A stretch of DNA of 64,000 bases from Euglena gracilis (taxonomy: Eukaryota), in contig CP154954.1 in the NCBI GenBank assembly GCA_039621445.1, positions 36,937,703-37,001,702 on the forward strand. Reading direction: 5' to 3'. Shown piece by piece: positions 49,527-62,059 of this stretch (position 1 is the first letter of the stretch; every line of letters starts with the position of its first letter). Both the position numbers and the translations under genes were made by a program. The notes below the pieces were generated by a model. The model had not been told where the DNA came from. It made no database searches and was given only the letters and a program-made list of their open reading frames with translations.

Positions 49527-50594
49527 CTCAGAAGTGGTTGAATACCAAATTTTACCAAAATATTTTTTTGTCCACTCCTGCTTTTTTGTTTGCCTAGCAA
49601 GCTCTTTGGCATTTTTTAGATGAAAATGAATATGAAGACGAGAAAACCCAACACATTAGTTTTGGGTCTGTTTGAGCCTGAGGGGCCTGAGGGCCTGAGG
49701 GGCTTGGAGGTTATTGAGTGTTTTCCCGTTGGTGGTGACTGGTTTTTTTGTGTTGAAAGGGGGCTGCAGCACGCTGCAGTTTTCCCCAGAATTTGGTGTT
49801 GTTGGGGTTGTTGGAATCCTCAATTTTGGTTACCTTGGCCTCTGCGGAGGCTCCGCGGAGGCTGGGCACCTGCGGAGGCAACCAGTTTTGTATGCGGGCC
49901 ACATCTGGAAGAAAATAAATAATGTTTTATGGGTTGACCACAACCTCCCCCCCCCCCACGCCCCCCCCCCCGCCCCCCTCCGCACACCCCCCCTACAGGC
50001 CGGCCCCCCTGCACCTCCCCCCCTCCCCCGCTCCCCAATGACAGAATCTTTTTGTGTGGACAAAGTTTGATGGACATGACGTAAATGGCAAACTGGTAAA
50101 CGGTAAAAGCAAATTCAGGTGGACAGGCTGTTTTTGTGGCAAACGGATAAATGGTTTTCAACAAGTTTGGCGGGCATGGCGTTAATAGCAAAGGGGTGAA
50201 CAGTCTGCTCCACATCAGGCGGACATGGCGCTTTTGTGACAAATGGCAAATGGCGTTTTTATGCAAGCATGTGAGATGGAAAAAAAATGTTTTGTTTTTT
50301 TGTGGGGATGTGGGCGGTGGCGGGGTGAAAACAAAATTTGAATTTTTTTAGGGGATACAAGGGCAAAAAAATGGAACGGTGGGGTAGGGGGTGGGGCAGA
50401 AACCCCCCAAATGTTTTTTGTTTAATTGCTTTTCTTGCGGAGAGTCGGGGGTGCAAAGATTAAAATACAATTCCTCTCTTTCTGGGCGTTAGTGTGGGGG
50501 CCGTGGGGAGGGTGTGCCCCCCCCAGGCATTTCACGTGACAAATCCGCGTTCAGTTCTTGGTTCACACCATGCTCTGGCAAAATTGGTTGGGAG

Positions 50595-50964
50595 CAGACA
50601 ATTGCTTAAGCACTGTCCCACCCCCCCCCCCCCCCCCCCCCCCCGGGGGGGGTGGTTTCCTGGTTTTTTCAAAGTGACGGACTGGGTTTTGGGCCCGGGC
50701 CCCCCCCCCCCCCCCCCCGGGGGGGGGTCGGCCAGGAGTGGGCAAAAGTGGCTTGAGTGACCCCGGCGCCGAAGGCGCCGGAAAATTTTTTTGGGCCTAA
50801 AATGGCCTAAAGTGACTGGAAAGTGGCCGTTTTTCTGAGTGGCCGACCCCCCCCCCCCCGGTAGTGACTGGCTGGTTTTTTGAAAATGAGTGACTGACTG
50901 GTTTTTAAAAAAGTGGAGTGACCCCCCTCCCCCCCCCCCGGGGGGGTCGGTAAGCAATTGTATG
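50595..50964. mobile_element. hAT-like MITE, family 1 (second copy)
   Basis: Same TIRs as 4950-5311, with TSD GTTGGGAG. Confidence 0.92.
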
Positions 50965-51509
50965 GTTGGGAGGGGAATGGTGGGTGGGTCCGGCTGAGCG
51001 GAGTACATCCCCCGGGGAGGGCATACTTTTTGGTGCCAAAGGGGCAAACTTTTCTCAAAAGGCGTGCTTTTTAGCATTTTTCGTGATTTTTTGGCCATTT
51101 TCAAGGGAAAGTGAGGGGGTCCCCGGGACCCCCTGGGGGGCCTCCCCAAGGGGTGGGGGGAGGGGAGCCTGAGCCCCTTCCCTCAGCTCATGCTCCGCAG
51201 AAGCAACCCAAAAGTTAGGATTCTACTTGCGCGGTGGACGCATATGGTTGCTCCCCACCCCCCTCGGCATTCAGGTCCCCTCCACCATGCAGCGCCGCGC
51301 CGCCCATTGAGCCCAACGCCCACCTCCCCCTGCCAGTCCAATGCCCCCTGCCACCAGAAAGCATCCCGCGGTTGTCATTTTTTTTTTAGGAGCTGGACCT
51401 GTCTTTGGTGGCCATGCAATGCACTACAGGCAAAAAGTTGTGCACATACACATGAGAACGCTTGTGCACATACACATGCACAATACGCACCCACACCCAC
51501 ACCCACCCA

Positions 51510-51547
<38 letters not shown>

Positions 51548-54500
51548 AACACATATACACGCAAACACACATACACGCTTCCGCACACCCACGCCCACAC
51601 CCACATACACATGTACACCCGCACACACATGTACACACGTACCTCCCCCCCCCCCATGCCTAATGAACACCCCTGCCCAATGAACAGGGGGTGTTCGGAC
51701 CGTCTAGATTGTCACCATATACCTTATCTACACAGAAACCGTACCCCAAGCCCAATGAACACCCACCCGTTTGGACCGTCAAGATTGTCACCTTAGTGTT
51801 CATTGGGCTTGGGGGGGGGGAGGTACGCACATGCACATGCGCAGCAAAGGTGGGTGGAACGCACATCTCATGCAGAGGGGACAACATAGTTTGTGGTGGT
51901 TTTGGTTTTCCTGGTTGGGTTTGTGTGAGCAGGGGGCACTGAAGGGAGGCAGCGGCGGCCAGGCGGCGCAGGAGCGGGGGCAAGCGAAGGAGCGGGGGTG
52001 CTCAGACCATCTTTTTAACGGTCATCTTCTCGGGGAGGTGTATTTTGTGTGCATTTTTTAGATTTTTTTTGAGAAATTCGAATTTTTGGAGAATTTCTGA
52101 AGCCAGGTTCTTTCCCACATTTTGGCAAAGTGAGTACCCCCCCCCCCCCAAGTGCTCACCCATCTTTTCCGTCGATTAGACAGGGGGTTTGGCCGGCCAA
52201 GGTGATTGCTGAAAAAAAATAATGCTCCCCCCCCCAACACCAAGAGGGGATTGCAGCCAGCCCATGGGCCACGCCAATGGGCATATGATGCCATTGCCAG
52301 GCACAATCCCACGCCACGCCAAGCTGGAAAGAAGCCAGCGTGGGCGACGGAGGGTTGAAAGTCCGTGTTGAGTTTGGTTCCTCCTCCTTGTCTTGTTGGT
52401 CCTCACGCTTGCCTTGCCACCTTCTTGGTCCTTTGCAACCTTGCCACGCTGCAACCTTTCAACGCTTGCATTGGGCCTCTCTGATTGGCCCTCTTTCTGC
52501 TGTGCTCCCGTTTCGCGCCGCTTTCAATTGCCTTTCCAGCCGTGTGGTTGGCCTCCCTCTACCATGCCGTTGTTGGCATTTGCCTGCCCTTCAACCAGTT
52601 CCTCTTGCCACCTCTTGCCACCCCCTGCCATTTGCCACCTTGGGCCCAGCCAGCAATGGGTGAGTGCAAGAATGAATAATGATAATGAGGAAGGGAACAT
52701 AAGGGTAAGCAGTGGGGGGTTAGCCAGTTTGGTGATTTGCCCTGGCATGTTGTCTGTTTGATCCGACTGACTGATGCTTGGATTGCCTGCTGACAAAATG
52801 TTTTGGGGGTGGCATTGGGCCAGGGCTGCAATCCCGGCTGCACCCACAGATGTTTGCTGAAGGAAAGTTGTTCTTTAAAGGGCAGAGCATCCCCCAGGCC
52901 GTATTTTTGTCGGGTGCCCCACCCCACCCCTGGGGGGGGGGGTGCCTGCCTGGGCAGGCACTCCCAATCCGACCCCCCCCCCGGAGGGGGGCTGGGGCAC
53001 TTGGCCAAAATTGCCCTAGCACAGACCCGGCCAAAGGCGCTGGGGAGCCAAAAATGGCCTTTTTTCAAAGGAATGTGCCTGGGCACAGGCCAAAATCCGA
53101 CTCCCCCCTGGGAGGGGGTTGTGCCTGCCTGGGCAGGCACTCAAAAGCACTCCGGACCCCCCCCCCCCCCACGGGGTCGGTAAGAAACAACCTGGCGCCC
53201 CCGGCGTTGATGAGGGCAGCCGGAGGCGGGCAGCGGCGGCAGCATATCGCAAGCTGATGGCAGCCCAGAGGTGCGTGCGTGCGTGGGGCACATGTCTCTC
53301 AAAACTTCAGACCAGGGTTTGATGCTCGGTGCAATGGCTTCAGTTTTGCCGAAACGCCCGCTGCAGGGCCGACTGCATGGGGGATACCCCATGCAGTGGG
53401 GTGAAGCATACCCATCACCCCACCCACCTGCCACCCCAGAGGGCCCCATGAAGCGTCAAAATTTTCTTTTCCGGCACTCTGCACCGAAACTTTTTTTTTG
53501 GCAATTTTCGGAAAAATTTGCCCCAAAATGTGCCCCAAATAATGTGTTGGGTCGATTTGAGGTGACATCCCCCCATCCCTTCTCGCCAGGCAAAAGATCA
53601 GTCTGTTTGGCCACCCCATTGTTCAGGTTGGTTGTTGATGATGATTTTGCCCCGGGTGTTTGCGAATGGGGGGGGGAAACGGTGGGAATACTGTGAAAGA
53701 GTTGGTGTCCGTCTCCAAACGGTTTTACACCAGGGGGTGGGGGCAGCTTCCGAACTGCTGGGATCAGCTTTCCTTCCATTCCTTCTCACCTTCAGACGGA
53801 CTTGGTTGGGTTGTGCTGCCTCCCTTTCAGGGAATTCTGCTTTTTTACATATGTTTTTTAAACTTTTTCAAGGGAGTTTCAACAGAGCTGGGTTGGGAAA
53901 TGGAATTTTCCTGCTAGCAAACCAGACCTGTACACCTCCTCTGGGTTGTGCTTGGGAAATCGTCTCGAGTCCATTTGCTTGTTTATTTGGGGCATCCGCT
54001 CCCTTGGTGAAATCAGTTGCTTTCCTGAAGGAAATGAATCGATGAAAGAAGGCCGAGAAAGCGCTGCCAAAAGACAAGGTTGTTTTTGCAAAGTACAAAT
54101 TTGGGTCCACCCACACACCAAAAGGACACAACGCAAACTTCTGGGGCAGGGGGGTCCGCCCATTTTGATCCGCAACCCAGCCACTTAGGGGGTGATGAGT
54201 CATCAAGGCAAAAATCTTCAGAAGTAGTTTTTTTAAGTCGTTTTTCTATGAAGGTTTTTATGAGGGTTTTTTAAGGCATTATCAAATTTTAAAGAATTTT
54301 TTAAGGCGTCTATTTTTCATGAGCGGTCAAAGAGCCGAGTTTTGTGTGGCTGTACAATGTTCCAGCGATGCCAAAAAGCATTTTTTCCCCCGCAGTTGAC
54401 CCGTTTTTGCCGAGTTTTTGCGATTTCTTTTTTTGCTCAAAATTCGGAGAAGTTTTCCCCAGCCAATTTTTTTCAGGTTTCTGAGGTTTTTGAAGGCCGC

Positions 54501-56606
54501 TTCATCATTCAGACGGGCCCAACAATTCTCCCCCCGTTCTTGCTTCCACGCCCCAGAGAGCCCTTGCCCCCCAGCGCTCCCCCCCCCCTCTCTCTCTCTC
54601 GGTGGTGTGCAGGGCGAGGACGTCCCTGGGGACCAGACTTGGCCGCTGCCGGAGCACTGGGCCAGCGCGGCGGGGAAGGCGGCCAGCTCCGCTGTGGCGG
54701 TCTGCCCCCCCCCCCTGTTGGCGTGAATGGTTTCGCGCCCCAGCCCACCACCGGCCCACCACCAGCCCCCACTGCCCCAGTGCTCCCCCGGATGCACGTG
54801 GGTTCATTGGGCCGAGCGCTCGATTAGGTAATTTGGTGCCCCACAAACGATCTGGACGGCTGCCAGCCGACCGGACCCCCCCCCCCCCCGGACCCCCAAG
54901 GGGGGTCCAGCCAAGCGGCCTTCACTTTTTCCAGCCAGAGCTCCCAACCGGTCTGTGCACCCACCCCAGGGTCCGATGATACAATCCATTGGGGGGCCAG
55001 GGGAGAATTCCAAGGCGGAAATTCTCAAATGTTTTTTAGGTTGTTCAGGCTGCTTGTTTTTAAACGGTTTTTACCATTTTGAAAAAGGTTCTATTTTCAA
55101 AGGGCGGTCCAAACGCCATCGAACCAGGTTTAAAAACAAAAAAGTTGAAGATTCCCCATTGTTTCGGCTTTTGCTTGTGGAGAGGCAACGTTCCAGCAAT
55201 GCCAGGGAGTCTTTTCCCCCCAGGAGTTGGCTTGTTTGTGTTCTTTTTTTGCCGAGATTTTGTCGCAGCATTCTTGCTCAGTCAGAGGAAATTTTTTCCA
55301 GAATACATTTTTAAAGGTTTTTTAATTGTCTTTCTGATGTGTTTTAAGGCATTTAAGAAATGTGGTTCATCATTGAAAGCTTTTTTTTATCATTTTCTGA
55401 AGACATTTTGGCTAAACATTTTTTTAAAAAGGGGTTTCAAAGTTTTCCAAATGATCATGAGAAGGAAAGTTGCATGGCTTGGAGGCTAAACTTTTCCTGT
55501 TGGGGCTGGGTGTGACCAGTTTTTTTTGAAGGTGACCAGCAGCAACGCTACATTTTCCCCAGAATTTTGTCCCTCCCCACACCCCTCGGCGTTCAGGTCC
55601 TCTCCAAGAACAAAAAGGAGGAAAACGAAGGAAAGAGAGGAAGGAAGAAAAAGGAAGAAGATGACATAAGGAAGAAGGTGACGAAACGAGAAGGAAGAAG
55701 AAGAAGAAGGAAGCAGATGATGTAATAAGAAGAGGAAGATGAAGGAGGAGGAGGAAGAAGGCAGAAAGAAGAAGTTGAAGGAAGAAGGTATGATTAAAGA
55801 AGAAGGAAGAAGAAGGAAGAAAATAGGATGAGGAAGGAAGTCATTGCCAGCCCAACTCCCACCTCCCCCCAGCCAGTGCCCCGTGGTACCACACAACAGC
55901 TTGTGGTTGACGTTTTTTTTTTTTGTGAATTGGACGCGTTGTTGTTTCCCCCAGGTGGACTTTCATTACAGGAACAAAGCAGAGCATTTTTTTGAGGATA
56001 TTTGCGCACACGCAAACGTGCACACACACGCGCGCGCACGCATATGCACTTTCAGCAAGGTGCGTGGAACACACACCACAGGCAGCACGGACAAGTTTGT
56101 GGTGGAGTTTGTGCTTTTGGTGTGTTTGTGTGAGCAGGGGGCACTGAAGGGAGGCAGCGGCGGCCAGGCGGCGCAGGAGCGGGGGCGAGCGAAGGAGCGG
56201 GGGCGGGCTGCGCTCTTCCCCCACCTCCACGTCCATCTGCCCACCGATCCGCTCGCTGTCAGATGTGTGCTGCTGCATCAATGGGAAGGGGGGGCTGGGC
56301 TGTCTGCAAGTGTGCGCGTTCCGCTTCAGCAGAAAGAAACCGACAACAGTGTCGAGGAAAAAAACATCTAGCGGATTGCCTGGTTGCCCGGTTCTCAAAT
56401 CAGGAATGCTGCGCCCCGCATAATCTCATGCTGGCTTTTTGGATAATATTTTTGGCATTATTGGAGAGCTCCAGTGCTAGTTGCTTCCTGGAGCTTTGCA
56501 CCGGAACACTTTTGTTTTTGTCATCTGCTTTTGTCAATTTGGTGAAAATCCTCCTGAAAATGCAACGTTGGGAGCTTTCCGAAGCCACCCAAAAGATTTT
56601 CTGATC

Positions 56607-56857
56607 CAGGCTTGTGCTTAGTTGGGTGGCTACCCCACGGGGGGGGGGGGGCGCTAGGGGCAGGCACCCCACCCATCCAACCCCCCAGGGGGGGTCGGGG
56701 TTTTGGGGGTGCCTGCCCATAGCAGGCACCTCCCGGCGACGAAGGCGCCGGGGGCCCGGAAGAGGCCATTTTCAATGAAAATTTTCTGGGTCCCCCTGCA
56801 AGCCCCCGGGGGATGTGTGTAGCACCCCCCCCCCCCCGGTCGGTAAGCACAAGCCTG
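56607..56857. mobile_element. hAT-like MITE
   Basis: Perfect 14-bp TIR CAGGCTTGTGCTTA/TAAGCACAAGCCTG and TSD TTCTGATC. An empty paralogous site lies at ~48755. Confidence 0.93.
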
Positions 56858-59800
56858 TTCTGATCTGCTTTGGGCAGGTTTTTTTCCCCCACCGGGGCTG
56901 TTGATCCCCCGTCCCCCCACCCGGGGGCAGGGGGAGTGGGGTGGACCTGGTGGCTGCCCCCTGAAAACTTTGTCACAGGGTGGACAAAAATTAGGTTGGA
57001 CAAGAAATTTTGCAATATTCGCAAATTTTACCATACTTATTCTTGTCATAACGTTCAACCAATGCCGGTTTCAACATTTAGCACCTGCGTGGCCCCCCCC
57101 CCCCCCGCCACCAGTTGGTGACTGGGTGGTTGGCCCCACCGCGGGGATGGGGTGCATTATGGGACAGGTTTTTTGCCCAGCCGGGCCAGAAATTTTTCCA
57201 GTGTTTTTGGCCGGTTTCGACTGATGGGTTGGTGGGGTGGGCCCAGAAAAAAATGTGCCCCCCCCCCCAGGTGTCACTGAGTGAATGTATGCTTCCGAAG
57301 CCTCAGCTTAAAATGACAAAAAAAATGGCTGGAAATGGCAAAAATAAAGACAACCATAAACGTTGGCAAATATTGGCGTTTGGTGGTTTTTTTGAGGTAA
57401 CGTGGCCAGAATCTGTTCAATTTCCTCAGCGAAAAGCACGAGCAAAAAAAACAAGTTTGACACATTGCAAAAAAAAAGTCTGCACCACATCAGGAGGACA
57501 TGGTGTTTTTGTGGCAAACGGGGGGCATGTGGGAGGGAGAAAAATGTTTTGTTTTTTTTTGTGGGGATGTGGGCGGTGTTGGAGTGAAAACAAAATTTGA
57601 ATTTTTAGGGAATACAAGAGCAAAAAATGAAAAAAAATGTCTTTTTTTTGGTGGGGTTGGGGTGGGCAGAACCCCCCAAAATGTTTTTGTTTTGGTCTGG
57701 TTTTTTTTTTGCGGAGGGTTGTGGGTGCAAGAATTAAAATTAAAAATTCCCCTCTTTCTGGGTGTTAGTGTGGGGGCCGTGGGGAGGGTGTGCCCCCCAG
57801 GCATTTCACGTGACAAATCTGCGTTCAGTTCTTTGTTCACAACATACTCTGGCAAAATTGCTCACCTGAGCCTCCACACAGGCTGGATATTTTAGGTTCA
57901 GGGCTTTTTCCATCTTGGACCCCGGGGGGTGTCCAGCTGAGCAAAGTTTTACAAGTACATTTTCCTTTTTGGTGCCAAAGGGTCGAAAATTTTTGAAAAA
58001 GTTGCTATTTTCAGCATTTTTAGCGATTTTTTGGCCATTTTCGGGGAAAAGTGAGAGGGTCCCCCCCCCCGGAACACTGGAAACCCCCCAGAGGGTGGGT
58101 GGGGGGACCCCCCGGTTCTTTTTAAAAAAAAAACCCGCTCAGGCTCCGCGGAGGCTGGTAACCCTGGGCTCTGCGGAGGCTACCAAAAAAGTCAGGATTC
58201 TGCTTGCGCGGTAGACCCCTGTGGTTGTCCCTCCCCACCCCCCTCGGCATTCAGGTCCGGTCCACCAATGCAGCGCCGTCGCGCCGCCTATTGCCAGCCC
58301 AACGCCCACCTCCCCCCGCCAACCCAGCGCCCCCTGCCACCAGAAAGCAACTCGCGGTTGACGTTGTTTTTTTTTTGTGAGCTGTACGTGTTTTTGGTGG
58401 CCATGCAATGCACTGCAGGCAGAAAGCTGAGCATTTTTTTTGAGAATGCTTATCCACATGCACACACATACGCACACATACAAACACACATACACGCTTC
58501 CGCACGCCCACGCCCACACACATACACACACATACACACACATGCACACATACTCACATGCACACATGCACACATGCACATGCACAGCAAAGGTGGGTGG
58601 AACGCACATCTCATGCAGAGGAGACAACGTAGTTTGTGGTGGTTTTGATTTCCTGGTTTGGTTTGTGTGAGCAGGGGGCACTGAAGGGAGGCAGCGGCGG
58701 CGGCGCAGGAGCTGGGCCAAGCGAAGGAGCGGGGGTGCTCAGACCATCTTTTTAACGGTCATCTCCTCGGGGAGGTGTATTTTGTGCGTTTTTTTTAGAA
58801 TTTTTTTCCGAAAAATTCGAAATTTTGGAGAATTTCTGAAGCCTGGTTCTTACCCACATTTTGGCAAAGTGAGTACCTCCCCCCCCCCCAGTGCTCACCC
58901 ATCTTTTCCGTCAATTAGACAGGGGGTTTGGCCGGCCAAGGGCATTGCTGGAAAAAAAATAATGCTTCCCCCCCAAGACCAAGAGGGGATTGCAGCCAGC
59001 CCATAGGCCACGCCAATGGGCATATGATGCCATTGCCAGGCACAATCCCACGCCACGCCAAGCTGGAAAGAAGCCAGCGTGGGCGACGGAGGGTTGAAAG
59101 TCTGTGTTGAGTTTGGTTCCTCCTCCTTGTCTTGTTGGTCCTCACACTTGCCTTGCCACCTTGGGTCCTTTGCAACCTTGCCACGCTGCAACCTTTCAAC
59201 GCTTGCATTGGGCCTCTTTGATTGGCCCTCTTTCTGCTATGCTCCCGTTTCGTGCCGCTTTCAATTGCCTTTCCAACCGTGTGGTTGGCCTCCCTCTACC
59301 ATGCCGTTGTTGGCATTTGCCTGCCCTTCAACCAGTTCCTCTTGCCACCCCTTGCCATTTGCCACCTTGGGCCCAGCCAGCAATGGGTGAGTGCAAGAAT
59401 GAATAATGATAATGAGGAAGGGAACAATAAGGGTAAGCAGTGGGGGTTAGCCAATTCGGTGGTTTGCCCTGGCATATGTTGTCTGTTTGATCCGACTGAC
59501 TGACGCTTGGATTGCCTGCTGACAAAATGTTTGGGGGGTGGCATTGGGCCAGGGCTGCAATCCCGGCTGCACCCACAGATGTTTGCTGAAGGAAAGTTGT
59601 TGTTTAAAGGGCAGAGCGCCCCCCGGAGGGTAATGCCTGCCTGGGCAGGCACTCAAAGGCACTCCGGACCCCCCCTCCCCCCCACGGGGTTGGTAAAAAA
59701 CAACCTGGCGCCCCCGGCGTTGATGACGGCAGCCGGAGGCGGGCAGCGGCGGCCGCATATCGCAAGCTGATGGCAGCCCAGAGGTGCGTGTGTGCGTGGG

Positions 59801-61821
59801 CCCGTGTCTGTCAAAACCTCAGACCAGGGTTTGATGTAGGGTGTCATGGCTTCGGTTTTGCCGTTACCCGTGACTGCAGGGAGGATGCCAATGACCCCAC
59901 CCACCTGCCAAGGGAAGGTGTCCAGACCGACCCCAGAGGGGCCCCCAGAGCGTCGAGATTTTCTTTTCCGCCGCCCTGCACCGAAACTTTTTTTGGCATT
60001 TTTCGGCAAAATGTGCCCCGAAATGTGCCCCAAATAATGTTTTGGGTTGATTTGGGGTGACATTCCCCCATCCCTTCTCGCCAGGCCAAAATCAGTCTGT
60101 TTGGCCGCCCTGTTGTTCAGGTTGGGGATTGACCATTTTGCCCCGGGTGCTTGCGAATGGGGGGAATGGTGGAAATCCTGTGAAAGAGTTGTATATCGTC
60201 TCCAAACGGTTTTACACCAGGGGGTTGGGCAGCTTCCGAACTGCTTGGATCAGCTTTCCTTCCATTCCTTTTCACTGCAGACGGATTTTCTGGGTTGTGC
60301 TGCCTTCCTTTCAGGAAATTATGCTTTTTTGCATATATTTTTTGAAACTTTTTCAAGGGAGTTGCAACTGACCTGGGTTGGGAAATGGAATTCTCCTGTC
60401 TGGCAAACCAGACTCTTCTGGGTTGTGCCTGGGAAATCATCTTGAGTCCATTGTTTATCGGGGCATCTGCTCCCTTGGTGAAATCAGTTGCTTTCCTGAA
60501 AGAAATGAATTGATGAAACACTCCAAAAGGACACAACGCAAACTTCTGGGGCAGAGGTCGACATAAAGGCAAGGTTGGGGGGTCCGCCCATTTTGATCCG
60601 CAACCCAGCCACTTAGGGGGTGACGAGCCATTAGGCAAAAATCTTCAGAAGTACTTTTTTATGTCCTTTTTTTTGAAGGTTTTTTTGAGGGTTTTTTAAG
60701 GCATTACCAAAATTTGAAGAATTTTTTAAGGCGTCTATTTTTCATGAGTGGTCAAAGTGCTTTTCGGACATCGAACCAACGTCGGTCCAGATTGAGAATC
60801 TTTTTTTTTTGAGCTTTGAGTGGCTGGACAATGTTCAAGCGATGCCAGGAATCTCATTTTTTCCCGCAGTTGACCTGTTTTTGCTGAGTTTTTGCGATTT
60901 CTTTTTTTGCTCAGAATACGAAAATTTTCCCGGGCCATTTTTTCTTTCGGTGTTTTCGGTTTGCAAGGGGGGGGTCCAGCAGGGTTCGATATAAGGAGGG
61001 CGTACATGGTTTAGGTGGGGGGGTGTCCCCCCCACCCCCCCTCCTGGCCCGGGGGGGGGGGCGGGTCCGGCCCCCCCCCCCCCCCCACCTGCAAGGGGGG
61101 TCCCCGGGACCCCCCCAAAAAGGGTCAATTTTTTCCTCCGGCGCTTTGCGCCGAAAATTTTTGCATTTTTGGTCAATTTTTTGCCCCAAAAGTGCCCAAA
61201 GTGGCACTTTTGGTCGTTTTGGGGGGTCAAAATTTTTCGGCCCGGCGCTTTGCGCCGGGCCGAAAATCGGTCACCCTGACCGCGCCACTGTTTAGGTGGG
61301 GGGGTGTCCCCCCCACCCCCCCCCCCCCCCGGCCCCCCAAGGGGGGCCGGACCACCCCCCCCCCCCCTCTCCTTTTTCGAACCCTGGGGTCCAGCCAAGT
61401 GTGCCTGCATGTTTTCCAGCCAGGAGCTCCCAACCGGGTTGTGGACCCACCCTCAGGGTCCGCTGGGGAACACCCCACTGTGGACCAGCCCGGCAAAGGC
61501 CGAGAAAGAAACCCCTCGCATTCTCTCCCTCATCCATCCCCCCATTCTCAGGTGATAGGACATTGACCTGCAAGGAGCTGTGTGCCTGGCCCTGGGGGGC
61601 CACAGTTGCATTCCTTCAAGCCCCCTGGGAATTGGGAAGGTCTTCCAGGTGTTCCCCAACAAGAAGGCGCAGTATTTGCAGCCGAAGGACGGTTGTCTTG
61701 AAGGTGTGGCAATGCTGCCGTCTTTGGAGTGGTTGTGTTCTAAAATGAGTTTCTTTTTTGAAGAGTGACGTAACCCCCCCATTTATAATCCCCCCATTAA
61801 CCCCCCGTTTTTGACCCCAAC

Positions 61822-62059
61822 CAGGGGGTTTTTTTTTAGCCTTGTGGACCCCTGGGGGGGGGGTAGGGGGGGGTCCGGCCGAGCCTCCCCCCTCACCCGG
61901 GGTGGGGGGGGGGGGTGGGATACATGTTTCGGTGCCGAAAGTTTTTGAAAAAGGTGCCATTCTTAGCATTTTTCGCGATTTTTTGGCCATTTTTGGGGGA
62001 AAAGTGGGTGGGATCCCCCCTCCCCCACTCCCGGTCTTTTTTTTAAAAAAAAACCCCTG
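61822..62059. mobile_element. hAT-like MITE
   Basis: CAGGGGGTTTTTTTT...AAAAAAAACCCCTG with TSD ACCCCAAC/CCCCCAAC. Confidence 0.75.

Larger units (their letters stand above)
46950..60950. repeat. Diverged tandem segmental duplication (~46950-54500 vs ~55300-60950)
   Basis: Collinear blocks: 47600-49100 vs 55560-57230, 50200-50590 vs 57490-57860, and 51200-54480 vs 58180-60910. Includes GAA-rich and (CA)n tracts. Confidence 0.88.
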
